A stretch of 64,000 nt of DNA from an uncultured delta proteobacterium (lineage in GTDB: Bacteria; Desulfobacterota; Zymogenia; Zymogenales; Zymogenaceae): contig CAWKCL010000007.1 in NCBI GenBank assembly GCA_963848155.1, positions 431,002 through 495,001 of the forward strand. The letters are read 5' to 3'. How positions within the stretch are numbered: the first letter of the stretch is position 1; every line of letters begins with the position of its first letter. The notes below the pieces were generated by a model, which saw only the letters and a list, made by a program, of their open reading frames with translations, did no database searches and was not told where the DNA came from. Below are positions 1 to 10,551 of the stretch, one piece after another. The translations under genes and the position numbers were made by a program.

Positions 1-429
1 GTCGAGGACTTCCTGAATACGGTTGTTGATCTTTTCCCGCTCGGCCAGCATATCGTCGAGTTCCTCCTGGCCGAGGATGCTTCTCAGCGTCGTTTGGGCG
101 AGCTGGGAAGTGGCGTACATGTAATTTTCAACTTCGACGATGGCCTTATTCGGGTCCATAACCCTGAAGTAGACGACGGCGTTTACCTTTACCGAGACAT
201 TGTCCCTCGTGATAACGTCCTGAGGGGGTACGTCCATCGTGATCGTCCTGAGTGAGACCCGAACCATTTTATCGATAACGGGGATCAGGAAGATCAGCCC
301 GGGGCCCTTCACGTCGATAATCCGGCCCAATCTGAAGATAACGCCCCGCTCGTATTCGTTGAGCACCCTGATGGCCGAGAAGAGTATGGCCAAAAAGATA
401 CCAACCAGAATAAGAATACCAACACCCAT
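1..429 (-). CDS. SPFH/band-7 (stomatin/QmcA-like) membrane protein, 5' part only. Gene continues beyond the window start.
   Basis: Minus-strand translation from the ATG at 429..427: [58 protein letters not shown]...[15 protein letters not shown]-terminal TM helix followed by the classic stomatin/SPFH core motifs. Absent from the ORF track because it runs off the window edge. Confidence 0.8.
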   Translation of the reverse strand, partial: MGVGILILVGIFLAILFSAIRVLNEYERGVIFRLGRIIDVKGPGLIFLIPVIDKMVRVSLRTITMDVPPQDVITRDNVSVKVNAVVYFRVMDPNKAIVEVENYMYATSQLAQTTLRSILGQEELDDMLAEREKINNRIQEVLD

Positions 430-721
430 GAGAAACCTCCTGTTTGATTAGACTTTTAGTGATTATAGTATAGGTACCGCTCGGGAGTCAATGAATTTAT
501 GGCGGGGGGCCGACCGATGCAGGCGAAAAACGGTCTATGGAAACTTCGTTTTCTGAGCAGTACGAAGCCATCAGATGGACTGTTGCCTGCCTGACGATGT
601 AGAGATGAAGCAGCCGGTTTATACGGCGCCGGTTGAGTCATAGTAAGCTAATATATGATCCTCCTATTATGTTACGTAATGTCTGATAGCCTCCGGATTC
701 GTGCTGTAACCGTGCTATCGC

Positions 722-766
722 AGAACAAAAAAGAGACTGCCGTGAATACTTCCTCGGCAGTCTCTT
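722..766 (-). terminator. Rho-independent terminator downstream of kce (minus strand)
   Basis: Inverted repeat agagactgccg...cggcagtctct at 732..765, preceded on the plus strand by an A-run that is a U-run on the minus transcript. Lies immediately after the kce stop at 809. Confidence 0.6.
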
Positions 767-808
767 TTGAGATATCGTTCGGGTTCTTAGCTGATAGGGA
801 ACGAAACG

Positions 809-1672
809 CTACTTATTCTTGAGGTGGAGTATTGTGCGCGCCTCGTCGGGGGTGGCTATCTCGCGTCCGGCCAGTTTCGCCACCTTAACCGCCCATTCTA
901 CCTGCTCCCAGCTTCCCTTGGCAAGCTCACCGTCGGGCATCCTTGTATTGTCCTCGAGGCCCACACGCATGTGGCCGCCGTTGACGACCGACGTCATATT
1001 GGCGAGAACCTGATTCGGCCCCACACCGCAGACGCTGTAGGTCGCGCCTTCGGGCAGGTGCGCCAGCATCTCCGAGAACATCGACACCTCATAGGGGACG
1101 CCGCCGGCAACGCCGAATACCATCTGGAAATGCATCGGCTCCTCGAATATATTCTGCTTCCTGACCAGGAGCACGTTGAACAGGCCGCCCATGTCGTAGA
1201 TTTCCAGCTCGGGTTTTACGCCGTTTTCCCTCATCTGCCTGTTGAAGTCAACGAGCATAGCGAACGTGTTCTCGAAGACGATCTCCATCGGTACCTCGCC
1301 CGTCTTCCAGTTGGCAACGCCGAAGTTCATGGAGTTGGTATTGAGGCTTGCCATCGGGGGTTTTATGGCTACAACCGGGGCAATCCGCTGCTCCTTGGTA
1401 ACCCAGGGACCGATAGCCGAGCTCATATTGATGATGAGCTTCGGGCATTTCGCCCGGATCGCATCGATAGTCGTCTTGATCTTGTCGATCTCATGCGTGG
1501 GAACCCCGCTCTCGGGATCGCGTACGTGGATGTGAACAATGGATCCACCGGAGTTGTAGACCTTGTACGCGTCTTCGGCGAACTCCTCTGGCGTGTAGGG
1601 GACGGCCGGGTTCTGTTCCTTTCTGGTTACCGCCCCGGTCAGCGCGGCGGTGATGATGACTTTATCGCTCAT
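809..1672 (-). CDS. kce: 3-keto-5-aminohexanoate cleavage enzyme (BKACE/DUF849 family, Kce-like)
   Basis: 287 aa. N-terminus MSDKVIITAALTGA and HIHVRD are characteristic of the beta-keto acid cleavage enzyme family. Confidence 0.8.
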   Translation of the reverse strand: MSDKVIITAALTGAVTRKEQNPAVPYTPEEFAEDAYKVYNSGGSIVHIHVRDPESGVPTHEIDKIKTTIDAIRAKCPKLIINMSSAIGPWVTKEQRIAPVVAIKPPMASLNTNSMNFGVANWKTGEVPMEIVFENTFAMLVDFNRQMRENGVKPELEIYDMGGLFNVLLVRKQNIFEEPMHFQMVFGVAGGVPYEVSMFSEMLAHLPEGATYSVCGVGPNQVLANMTSVVNGGHMRVGLEDNTRMPDGELAKGSWEQVEWAVKVAKLAGREIATPDEARTILHLKNK

Positions 1673-1826
1673 GAGTTCCTCCTCTGTGAAATGGTAAACA
1701 GTACCGGTATGTTACATATCCGTTGTTTTGGTCACGCGATCCCGGCTCCCGTTGCGCGCGGCACCGGGGGTATCGGCGGCCTATCCGCTTGGAATGAGCC
1801 GACTCAAGAGACCGCGGCTATAACAG

Positions 1827-2597
1827 CTACCTGCCGATAATGTACTTGTAGGGATCGATCTCCTCCCGCAGCAGCCTCAGGGCCTCGGCGGTCGGGGGTG
1901 GTGTCTCGGTGACCTTCGGGGCCTTCAAGAGCTCGAATCCGCAGTTATCGCGGACGTCTTTTTCCGTATAACCGTGGTTGATCTGGGCAATTCGCATACG
2001 CTTGGACTCCGGGTCGAAGTCCATGACGGCCATATTCGTTATGATCTTGTGGGGTCCCGATCCCTTGGGAAGGCCCGATTTCATCCGCGAATCACCCCCC
2101 GTGAGATAGCCGGGAGTGGTGATGAACTCGCATCTTTCCACGAAACGCCGGGCGTCCTGGGCCGTGATGACCATCATTTTCCAGCAGAACGACGCAAAAT
2201 CGTTGGCGCCTCCGCTGCCGGGGAGCCTTACCTTCGGTTTCTGCTGATCCCCGCCGATCCTGGTGGAGTTGAGGTTACCGTACATGTCTATCTGGGCTCC
2301 CCCGAGGAACGTATAGTCAACGAAGCCCCGGCAGCACGTCTCCATGACCTCGCACATACCTGCGGCCATGTTGGCCTTCCAGGTCGTCCGTGAATCGCCT
2401 ACGGAAATGGGCATTACGGGAATTAGGGGGGCAACCCCGCCTGCCTCGAAGAATATCACGAGGTTGGGGGCGGTCGTCTTCTGGGAGAGCATCGCCGCGG
2501 CGCACGGCGCCCCGGTACCGACGCCGACGGTCGCGCCGTCTTCGAGTTCCCGCGCGGCGGTGCAGATCATTAGTTCCATCGTATTAAAGTCAGCCAT
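1827..2597 (-). CDS. 3-oxoacid/acetoacetate CoA-transferase subunit B (class I CoA-transferase beta subunit)
   Basis: 256 aa with typical CoA-transferase subunit B sequence (GGxxD, ...TEKDVRDNCGFELL). Adjacent to the subunit A gene. Confidence 0.8.
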   Translation of the reverse strand: MADFNTMELMICTAARELEDGATVGVGTGAPCAAAMLSQKTTAPNLVIFFEAGGVAPLIPVMPISVGDSRTTWKANMAAGMCEVMETCCRGFVDYTFLGGAQIDMYGNLNSTRIGGDQQKPKVRLPGSGGANDFASFCWKMMVITAQDARRFVERCEFITTPGYLTGGDSRMKSGLPKGSGPHKIITNMAVMDFDPESKRMRIAQINHGYTEKDVRDNCGFELLKAPKVTETPPPTAEALRLLREEIDPYKYIIGR

Positions 2598-2613
2598 GGG
2601 TGACCTACCTCCA

Positions 2614-3612
2614 TTATTTCTTGGCGGTGTTGTTATCGACCAGATATTCCTTGTCTCTGAGCTCCTGCATCTTCTTGAGACCGCCGTTAATTTCTATATA
2701 CTCCGTAAATTCCTTGACACCGTATATATTTTTATCAAGGAACTTCTTAAGTTCTTCCGGATCCTTTTCAACCGTCAGCCATTCCCTCAGGTGTCCCTCG
2801 TCCGAGTAGTATTCGTACGGCATGTTGCCCGGATAGCTCCCGTACGGTACCTCGCAGACGGCGTCCACGAGGTAGAACGGGATAACCGTCAGGGACGGGT
2901 CGCTCCTGATCTGCTCGTTTGAGATGATCCGTTCGCAGGTAATGACGAGGCGCTTGGAGGCGCGCGCCAGCTCCAGGTCGGCAATGGTGATCCCCCTGAT
3001 CCGGCAGTTACCGTAGACGTCCGCCTCGTGCACATGGATGGCAGAGAAATCGGGGTAGAGCGCCGGCGCCAGGACGTAATTATCTCCCGTATAGGGGCAT
3101 TGTATCTTCTTTGAGGCGCTGTACTTGAAGGTGTCGGTTCCCATCATGTTCCTGATCGGTATAAACGAAATGCCCATCGCCGCGGCCTTGAGCCGTGCCG
3201 CCATCGCGTAATTGGTCCACTCGGTAACCTCAACCTCGCCGCTCTCCATGTAACGCCGGGCGTTTGGCGACAGCCCCCGCGCTTCCAACCCGATAATGTA
3301 GGCAATGTCGCATTTGTTAAAGACCTTTCCCGCCGCGAGGATTTGAAAGTCGTGCGTTGACGTATGACCCGCGAAGCCAAGGTTTTTCTTCTTCTGGCGT
3401 AAAATCTCGTGGCAGATCGCGGTGGGAATTCGGTTTGCACCGAACCCGCCGATCGCGAAATAGTCGCCGTCATGAAGCAGTGTCTTGACCGCCTCCGAAA
3501 CCGTCGTCAGTTTATTCTTGAGCTCCCGCGATTTTTTCCTGAAAAACTCCCGGGCCTTATCGGGATCGGGGTCGGTGAAAAGCCTGCCGATTCCTTCCTC
3601 TATTACGTCCAC
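2614..3612 (-). CDS. CoA-transferase subunit A (glutaconate/acetoacetate CoA-transferase alpha-like)
   Basis: 332 aa with CoA-transferase A-subunit architecture. Stop is 17 bp upstream of the B subunit start, so it is in an operon with kce. Confidence 0.8.
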   Translation of the reverse strand: MDVIEEGIGRLFTDPDPDKAREFFRKKSRELKNKLTTVSEAVKTLLHDGDYFAIGGFGANRIPTAICHEILRQKKKNLGFAGHTSTHDFQILAAGKVFNKCDIAYIIGLEARGLSPNARRYMESGEVEVTEWTNYAMAARLKAAAMGISFIPIRNMMGTDTFKYSASKKIQCPYTGDNYVLAPALYPDFSAIHVHEADVYGNCRIRGITIADLELARASKRLVITCERIISNEQIRSDPSLTVIPFYLVDAVCEVPYGSYPGNMPYEYYSDEGHLREWLTVEKDPEELKKFLDKNIYGVKEFTEYIEINGGLKKMQELRDKEYLVDNNTAKK

Positions 3613-3882
3613 TGAAAACCTCCTCCTTACTGTTTCCTAATTGAGAGTATAGTATTAAGCATTTCACGCTCGGTAGTACGCGAAATTAAGGCGGTACTAC
3701 GTGATCATTGCGACAATAGTGTCGTGTATCTATAACAAAGTCATGCCCGCAAGTCAAGCTCCCAGATGCCGGCGTCTTTTGACGGGGCAGACTATTTCGG
3801 GAGAGGTGCAGCTATCTCGATACGTATCGTATATGGTACGGCCGCCACGGAGCCGCCGGCCCCTCGATTACACTCCGCCTTA

Positions 3883-3898
3883 GATTGACTTGTCAATC
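3883..3898. promoter_or_regulatory. Perfect 7-bp inverted repeat GATTGAC-tt-GTCAATC (candidate operator)
   Basis: Palindrome read directly in the 330-bp AT-richer intergenic region upstream of the ctfA-ctfB-kce operon. Confidence 0.35.
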
Positions 3899-3943
3899 AA
3901 ATACAAATAGTAAAAAAATAGCCGACGTCTGTCAAGTAAAAAG

Positions 3944-5726
3944 TCATTCTTCACCCCGAACATTGCGCCGTTTTTCTTGTTTTCTTTTACTGATACTGCG
4001 GGCGATCACCTGCTCAACGACCGCGAGGCCGACGGCCAGGAAACGAAATCCGGGGCCTTTCTTTTGCCATTTGATTTCTTCCTTGTCGCAGACGATCCCA
4101 AGGTCCCTCGTATCTATCCCGACAACCCCCTTTCCCCCTTTACGTATTGATCGGCCACTCTCGGCTGTTTTACCCCGGATCGTGCCCCCGATCGCCGGGA
4201 CGTCGTTTCGCGCCTTTACCCGTCCGTACGTCGAGCGGTCTATATTACCTGCCCTAAACTTGAGCTCATTGAGCCGGACGCCTGCCTCATAGGTAGCCGA
4301 GACAAGCTCCTCTATGGGAAGCGAAGCGCTCTCATAGTTGAGCATATCTTTCCATGACGACGACGACAGCGCCGCAAGGTGTTCATCGAATGTCTTGTAC
4401 CGGATCGAGTAACCGTGTCTATCAGGATTCTCGAAGGCGATACTTCCGGGGTCGAGAAACGGCGCCAGCGGGGATATGAACGGCATGAGCCGTGCCCCGA
4501 ACTCCTTCATCAGGCGCCCGCCGTAATCGACGGTCTTGATGACCGATCGGTAGTCCTGCCGGGGGATTCCGGCCATGAAGAAGACGTCAAACTTCCGGGC
4601 GCCGTATTTCAACGCCCAGCCGATGTTTTTCTCGACAGCGGCCGCCGTGTAGGGTTTTCCTGATGCGCGGCGAAGCGTGTTATCGTGGGTCTCCGGAGAT
4701 ATCTCATAATTGACGTTGGGCAGCACGTGTGATACAGCCTTGAAAAATCCCTCGGGGGCGGTATCGAAGAGTTCTAATACGATAGGGTTTTTAATCCGGG
4801 CATCCGCGAGTCTCTTCAGGAAACGGTCGGCATAGTCGTCTCCGGCCTGCCTGATATCCCCGACAACGAAGATCGGCGCCCGGGTAAACCGGGTGAGCGT
4901 CGCGATATCTGACGCGATAAGCTCCGGGTCACGATAGGCAATCCGGCCGCGCTTGAGATATCGGTTTGCCGCCCATTTCGAGCCGCCGCAGATGACGCAG
5001 TTGTTTGTGCAGCCGCGGCAGGTAACGATCATGGTTATGGGATAACGCCACCAGTCATGGATTGGCGTCATGCCTATCGGATCGCGGTATTTTACGGCCT
5101 TCCGAAAGAGGTTTACGTAGTTATTCGAAAAGCTGTTCAAATGGTCGTCCACGACGAATGAGTCGTTGAAAACGACCCGGTCACCCCGTTTATAGACGAG
5201 GTTGGGGACATCCTCGAGCTGCCCGCTGCCGCCAATCGCCCTCATCAGGTAAACGAGGGCGCGCTCCGTAGAGTCCCCCCGAACGACGTAATCGATAAAA
5301 GGATACCTGATGATCTCCTCGGCAAAGTAGGTCGAGGAATAACCGCCGAGGATCACCGGGACATCCCGGATGGACCTCTTTGAGAAGCCGGGCAAGTTCC
5401 ATTGCCCCGTGGGCATGGGGCAGCCAGTGAAGCGATATCCCGAACGCCGACGCCTTGATCGTCTTGAGGTAGCGCCTCACGTCCATCCGCGGGTGGGTTA
5501 CCATAAGGTAAGCGAGATTGACGATACGCGCCCCTATCCCGTTGCGGGACAGTACCTCGGCGATGGAGGAAAATCCGATCGGGTACATCTCGAAGGCCGG
5601 AGTGGACGGGACTACGTCGCTGATCGGGCCGAAGAGTATTTCCCGCTGCCTGAAATCAAACACGCTGGGGGGGTGAATGAGGCAAAGGTCGGTCCTGGGT
5701 GACGGGAGCCTGAACATGCAGATCAA
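3944..5726 (-). CDS. B12-binding (class B) radical SAM enzyme, split into two frames by an apparent frameshift near 5190..5416
   Basis: ORF 5190..5726 encodes an N-terminal cobalamin-binding-type domain. ORF 3944..5416 continues (VILGGYSSTYFAEEIIRYPFIDYVVRGDSTE) into a radical SAM core with CTNNCVIC (CxxxCxxC). The two ORFs overlap in different frames. Confidence 0.7.
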
Positions 5727-5921
5727 ATCCTTCCTTGAATTTTATATTATCACACGCGCTTTCAGAAAAGGCAACCGAAATAGTCAGACAATTCCGTCGG
5801 CTTACGCAATCGCGGACTTACCGGCGGCGGTCCGGCGCGCTATTGTATTGATACGTATCGCGAATGGAGGATCAGGTACGTAGCGATTCTCCCGCCGGTT
5901 TCGAAATATCTGAAAAAAGGC

Positions 5922-5951
5922 TTGCGCATCGGTCAAACAAAACTATATAAT
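5922..5951 (+). promoter_or_regulatory. Sigma70-like promoter for cbiQ/cbiO (-35 TTGCGC, 18-nt spacer, -10 TATAAT)
   Basis: Read in sequence about 25 bp upstream of the cbiQ start. Confidence 0.4.
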
Positions 5952-5973
5952 GATTTGTTTCTTGGGATGGGAT

Positions 5974-6750
5974 ATGAAGCACCACTTTCTTGACGAAGAG
6001 AGCACCATCGAGAGCCCCATCCGGTCTCTCAATCCGAAGGCGAAACTTATCACTATCATCGCCGTCGTATTGATCGTCGTCTCAACACCCGCGGACGCCT
6101 TTGCCGTCTTTGCCCTCTTCCTCTCGCTCGCGCTTGCCCTGATCGTGATTTCGCGGGTGCCCGTCACGGTATTCCTGAGACGAGCCCTGATCGCCCTTCC
6201 CTTTATCGCGGCTGCATTAGCGGCTGTCCCCTTTGTCTCGGAGGCTCCGGGGACGACCTCCTATTCCCTTGGCATTGGGGGAGCCGCCGTTACCATGACC
6301 GGGTTTCTCCTGGTTTTCAATGTGCTGTGCAAATCGATCCTGTCCATCCTCTTCTTGACCCTGCTGATTTCCTCCACACCCTTTCGCGACCTCGTATCGG
6401 GCCTCCGGGAGCTCAGGGTGCCGACGTTTATAACCGATACCCTCTCGTTCATGTACCAGTACCTCTTTATCATCATGGACGAGATTCAGCGCGTCGCCTT
6501 TGCGCGGGACGCCCGGCTATACGGAAACCGCTGGATCTGGCAGGCGCCCGTTATCGGACATATGATCGGCAGCATCTTCGTTCGCAGCTATGAGCGCGGC
6601 GAGCGGATATTTTTGGCGATGAAGGCACGGGGATACGACAGCAGTATCGGCGTGAGGCCCACGGCCCCCGTTGCCGCACCGGATTATATCTTTACGATAA
6701 TCGTCATCTCGGGGGCCCTGGCCGCACGGTTATTCGGGGTCAGACTATGA
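5974..6750 (+). CDS. cbiQ: ECF transporter transmembrane T component (CbiQ/EcfT family)
   Basis: Multi-TM protein with CbiQ-like sequence (...RELRVPTFITDTLSFMYQY...ARDARLYG). ATGA overlap with the downstream ATPase gene. Start taken at MKHHF. Confidence 0.8.
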   Translation: MKHHFLDEESTIESPIRSLNPKAKLITIIAVVLIVVSTPADAFAVFALFLSLALALIVISRVPVTVFLRRALIALPFIAAALAAVPFVSEAPGTTSYSLGIGGAAVTMTGFLLVFNVLCKSILSILFLTLLISSTPFRDLVSGLRELRVPTFITDTLSFMYQYLFIIMDEIQRVAFARDARLYGNRWIWQAPVIGHMIGSIFVRSYERGERIFLAMKARGYDSSIGVRPTAPVAAPDYIFTIIVISGALAARLFGVRL

Positions 6751-7466
6751 CCGACTATTCCGGCGCAATCCAAATCAGCGACCTTTCTTATACCTATCCC
6801 GACGGCACCCGGGGACTTGCCGGCCTCAACCTTTCCATTTCCTCCGGCCAATCCGTCGCTATACTCGGGCCCAACGGCGCTGGAAAATCGACACTTCTCC
6901 TAACCCTCCCGGGCCTCATCTTTGGAACCGGCCGGATCGTTGTTTCGGGGATTCCCGTTTCCCGCCGAACGGTCCGTGAAGTCAGAAAGCGGGTCGGTAT
7001 TGTCTTCCAGAACCCTGACGACCAGCTCTTCTGCCCCACCGTATATGACGATGTCGCCTTTGGCCCGGAAAATATGGGACTTTCCGAAAACGAGGTGCGA
7101 CGCCGAACCGAAGACGCGCTTTCTTCCATGGGACTTTCGGGATACGGACACCGCTCATCACATCACCTGTCTTACGGGGAGAAAAAGCGCGCCTCGATAG
7201 CCACGATACTGGCGATGGACCCGGCCATAATAGCCTTTGACGAACCGTCGGCGAACCTCGATCCCGAAGGGGTGCACGATCTATCCGCCGTGATCAACGC
7301 GATCACCAAGACCAAGATCGTCGTCACCCACGACGTCACACTCGCCGGCAAACTGGCCGACCGCGCCGTCGTCATGCGCGATGGCCGCATCATCGAAGAT
7401 ATGCCTATGAAGAAGTTTTCCAGCGATAAGAAACGGCAGAGGGATCTCAAACTCGCGTTCGACTGA
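6747..7466 (+). CDS. cbiO: ECF transporter ATP-binding protein (CbiO/EcfA)
   Basis: Walker A GPNGAGKST, ABC signature LSYGEKKR, Walker B IIAFDEPSANLD. Confidence 0.85.
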   Translation: MTDYSGAIQISDLSYTYPDGTRGLAGLNLSISSGQSVAILGPNGAGKSTLLLTLPGLIFGTGRIVVSGIPVSRRTVREVRKRVGIVFQNPDDQLFCPTVYDDVAFGPENMGLSENEVRRRTEDALSSMGLSGYGHRSSHHLSYGEKKRASIATILAMDPAIIAFDEPSANLDPEGVHDLSAVINAITKTKIVVTHDVTLAGKLADRAVVMRDGRIIEDMPMKKFSSDKKRQRDLKLAFD

Positions 7467-7508
7467 TTAGTCAGGCGGCACCGCCTAAAACCCATATCGG
7501 AGGCACCC

Positions 7509-8273
7509 ATGCCGACCACCAAGATCGTCTATCACGACGCGTACCTTACCGACTACCCGACCGCGTCCGTCGAAAAACCGCAGCGGGTCGAGGCGATCCA
7601 TCGGGAGCTCTCGTCATCCGGGTATCCGTTCGTCGAGGCCCGCCCCGGCGACGAGCTGGACGTTCTCCTTGTCCACTACCCGAGCCTCGTGCAGGCCGAG
7701 AAGCGCGACCAGGATCGTTACGAGATCGCCCTTCTGGCGGCCGGCGGCTCGATCCTCGCGGCACAGATCGCAATGGACTCCGTACCCGCATTCGGCCTTG
7801 TCCGCCCGCCGGGCCACCACGCCAGCCCGGGCACCAACTGGGGATTCTGTTTCTTCAACAATATGGCCGTCTCAATTCAACGGCTGATCCTCAAGCGGCA
7901 GATCAAGCGCGCCGTTATCCTTGATATCGACCTGCACTTCGGGGACGGTACCGAGAACTACTTCATGGGACGCAAGGATGTTTCGGTCATTAACGTGCAG
8001 TCGTCGGACCGGGTGGAGTTTCTCGCCCAATGCCGGGACGGCCTCACCCGCTGCGCCCCGTATGACATCATCGGAGTCAGCGCCGGATTCGACCGTTACA
8101 TCAAGGATTGGGGCAGTACGCTTACGACTGAGGATTTCAAGGCAATCGGGGAAATCGTCAAGGAGTTTTCGGAGAAGCACTGCTCGGGCCGGCGGTTTGC
8201 CCTGCTCGAGGGCGGTTACTACCTGCCCGATCTCGGCGTCAACGCCCGAAACTTCATCGAGGGTATGGAATAG
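7509..8273 (+). CDS. Histone deacetylase/acetoin-utilisation (AcuC) family deacetylase, short form
   Basis: HDAC motifs RPPGHHA, GFCFFNN, DIDLHFGDGT. Confidence 0.8.
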   Translation: MPTTKIVYHDAYLTDYPTASVEKPQRVEAIHRELSSSGYPFVEARPGDELDVLLVHYPSLVQAEKRDQDRYEIALLAAGGSILAAQIAMDSVPAFGLVRPPGHHASPGTNWGFCFFNNMAVSIQRLILKRQIKRAVILDIDLHFGDGTENYFMGRKDVSVINVQSSDRVEFLAQCRDGLTRCAPYDIIGVSAGFDRYIKDWGSTLTTEDFKAIGEIVKEFSEKHCSGRRFALLEGGYYLPDLGVNARNFIEGME

Positions 8274-8279
8274 CGGATA

Positions 8280-9476
8280 ATGGCGCGTCACGGGAATACA
8301 TCGCCCTTTTCATATATCGACCTGATCGTCGATATCATCCGCGAGCGCAGCGCCGAGCGCGGAGTACGCGTCCACGACCTCAAGCTCCAGGGCTTGAGAA
8401 AGCGCCCCACGATGAAGCAGGGTACCTGGGGAACCCGGCCCGATGGGAGCTCCATGACGCGTGACGAATACGAAGAGCGGCTCACCGAATATAAGAAAGG
8501 GCTCCCCGACCTCCTCTTCCCGCCCATCGACACCGCGTTCACCCTGACGGACGCCGATGGAAATACCGCGACGATGGGCAATCTCATTGCCCGAAAACAA
8601 CAGGGCCTGTTAACCTTTCCCAGTACGATTGTCTCCCCCATTGCCGCGAATAACACCGCCCGCGCCTTTGTTTACCCCGCCACGGCCGGGAAGGCCGTCG
8701 TGATCCTCCCCAACCTCAGGGCGGAGGAAGGCGCTTTCTCGCGGCTTGCCGGTTTACTTACCCGTTTCGGCTACACCTGCATCGAGGCAGTCCACCCGTA
8801 CCACGGGAGGCGGCACGATCCCAATGATACGGCAATGGTCCCCGGAGAGCGTCTCTTTTCCTCCAATGTTCACGAAACCCTCTGGTCTTTCTCACAGGGT
8901 ATATCGGACATCCTGGCCCTCTACCTCTTCCTGATGAAGGAAGGCTTTTCGCGCATCGGCGTCATTGGTACGAGCATCGGCTCGACATTGACGATCATGA
9001 GCCTGGCCAACGCCGAAGACTACCGCGCCTATCTCGGAAGCCGGGACCCCGACCTGGTCAGGGACGTCCCTGGCGGTATCTGCCGGGCGGTCGTCCTCAA
9101 CCTTTCCGGCGGACTGCTGTCGGATTTTGTCGTCGACGGCGACAACATCGAGGCCTCCTATGTTCGCAAGGGGCTCATTGAAGACCTCGGGCTTACCGGT
9201 CCCGACATCGAGCATATCTGGCCGGAGGCCGACCCTCTGCGGTTTGTCCAGAAGATCACGATGCCGGTGCTCTCGGTGAAAAGCAAACAGGACCCGGTGC
9301 TGTTGTACCGGTATTCTAAGACACAGCGCGAGTTCTTCGCCAGGAACGCCGTCTCCGGAAAAAACTTCAGCGAGTTCTATATCCCGGTACCCGCCGGACA
9401 CTACAGTGCCGCATACTTTCTGCCCAAGATGTTTCTGGGGATCGCCGACCTGCTGTTTATCCTCAGAAACGTATAG
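8280..9476 (+). CDS. Alpha/beta-hydrolase fold protein (function unknown)
   Basis: 398 aa. GTSIGS nucleophile elbow (GxSxG). No further family assignment possible. Confidence 0.55.
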   Translation: MARHGNTSPFSYIDLIVDIIRERSAERGVRVHDLKLQGLRKRPTMKQGTWGTRPDGSSMTRDEYEERLTEYKKGLPDLLFPPIDTAFTLTDADGNTATMGNLIARKQQGLLTFPSTIVSPIAANNTARAFVYPATAGKAVVILPNLRAEEGAFSRLAGLLTRFGYTCIEAVHPYHGRRHDPNDTAMVPGERLFSSNVHETLWSFSQGISDILALYLFLMKEGFSRIGVIGTSIGSTLTIMSLANAEDYRAYLGSRDPDLVRDVPGGICRAVVLNLSGGLLSDFVVDGDNIEASYVRKGLIEDLGLTGPDIEHIWPEADPLRFVQKITMPVLSVKSKQDPVLLYRYSKTQREFFARNAVSGKNFSEFYIPVPAGHYSAAYFLPKMFLGIADLLFILRNV

Positions 9477-9681
9477 GCTGTATCGTCTCCCCGTTCCTTC
9501 TCCCGTAACGATTCTACCCGACCTCCGCAGTTAGGCCGTAGCGCTGGCAGGCACGTAAGCTCTCGTTTTCTCTCACGAATACCATGCTATTGATATATTT
9601 ACTTGAACCCGGTCGAAATTAGTGCTATATATCGCCAGCGATTGTATATGGGTATTCTTTTTCTGTGGAATTCTTCGACGG

Positions 9682-10428
9682 ATGGAGAAAATGGCTACGA
9701 AGGATGATCAAGAAGTAAGACCAAAGGCTCGAGATACCATTCATTACGACATCATCGAGTGGTTTCGCGACAAAAAACGCGGTTCTGTCCTGGACGCTCC
9801 GGCAGGCTTCGGCCACCTCAGCCTGAGACTGACTGAAATGGGATTCAAGGTTGTATGCGGCGAGATCGAGCCGGAGATATTCCGGGTCAAGAACCTCACC
9901 TGCACCTTTACCGATCTCAACCGGCACATCGACGCCCCCGACGAATCGTTCGACTACGTATGCTGCGTCGACGGGCTGGAACATATGACCGATCCGTATC
10001 AGGCGGTAAAGGAGTTCTCGCGGGTCCTCAGGCGGGGTGGGTACGGCATCTTTTCAGTTCCGAACTATACGAACATCGAAAAGCGGATGAAATACCTCTT
10101 GAACGGGTACCTTACGAAACCCGTCGGCATGGAGCGCTATCGCAAGCAGGGGTCCCTGTTCAACTTCCACAATTCCCCCCTCACAATCACGATCCTCGAA
10201 TTCATGTTTTCCATAAACGGTCTCGAGATCGTCGAAATCAGAAAAAACGCGCCGAAGAAAAAGCAGTATCTTTTACTGCCGCTGGTCGCGGTTATTAAAT
10301 TCGCCAACCTCTTTGGCTCGAGGCGTCACCGGGAGAAACACCGGACCGACCTTACGCTCCATCCCAACGTCATACTCGGCGGCAACAATATCATCTGTAT
10401 AACGCGCAAAAGCACGGCGGGAAAGTAA
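9682..10428 (+). CDS. Class I SAM-dependent methyltransferase
   Basis: Motif I VLDAPAGFG, and CCVDGLEHMTDP...RVLRRGGYGIFSVPN. The ORF opens at 9622, but the likely start is the ATG at 9682 or 9691. Confidence 0.75.
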   Translation: MEKMATKDDQEVRPKARDTIHYDIIEWFRDKKRGSVLDAPAGFGHLSLRLTEMGFKVVCGEIEPEIFRVKNLTCTFTDLNRHIDAPDESFDYVCCVDGLEHMTDPYQAVKEFSRVLRRGGYGIFSVPNYTNIEKRMKYLLNGYLTKPVGMERYRKQGSLFNFHNSPLTITILEFMFSINGLEIVEIRKNAPKKKQYLLLPLVAVIKFANLFGSRRHREKHRTDLTLHPNVILGGNNIICITRKSTAGK

Positions 10429-10551
10429 CTCTCGCCGTGAAAGAACTATACGTCTGCACGTTTCTCCTCCTCTCACACGTGATAACTTCCTATCGCCGTT
10501 TTTCATCGCTCGCACCTATACTTGTGACGTTCCCGGGGTGGTGTGGAAAAC

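Noticed and set aside
239-451. 70-aa plus-strand ORF
   Set aside because: Antisense to the well-supported stomatin gene.
824-1840. 338-aa plus-strand ORF
   Set aside because: Lies antisense to kce, and its composition is His/Arg/Gly-rich. Long antisense ORFs are expected in 60% GC DNA. No motif was found.
3944-5726. Calling the split radical SAM, comEC, metF, holA and similar genes as pseudogenes
   Set aside because: Essential genes such as rpsT and holA show the same lesion type, and the breaks sit at homopolymers. Assembly indels are the more parsimonious explanation.
5727-5973. Possible cobalamin riboswitch upstream of cbiQ
   Set aside because: No B12-box (GCCACTG core) or related consensus was seen by eye. 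Only a sigma70-like promoter was found.
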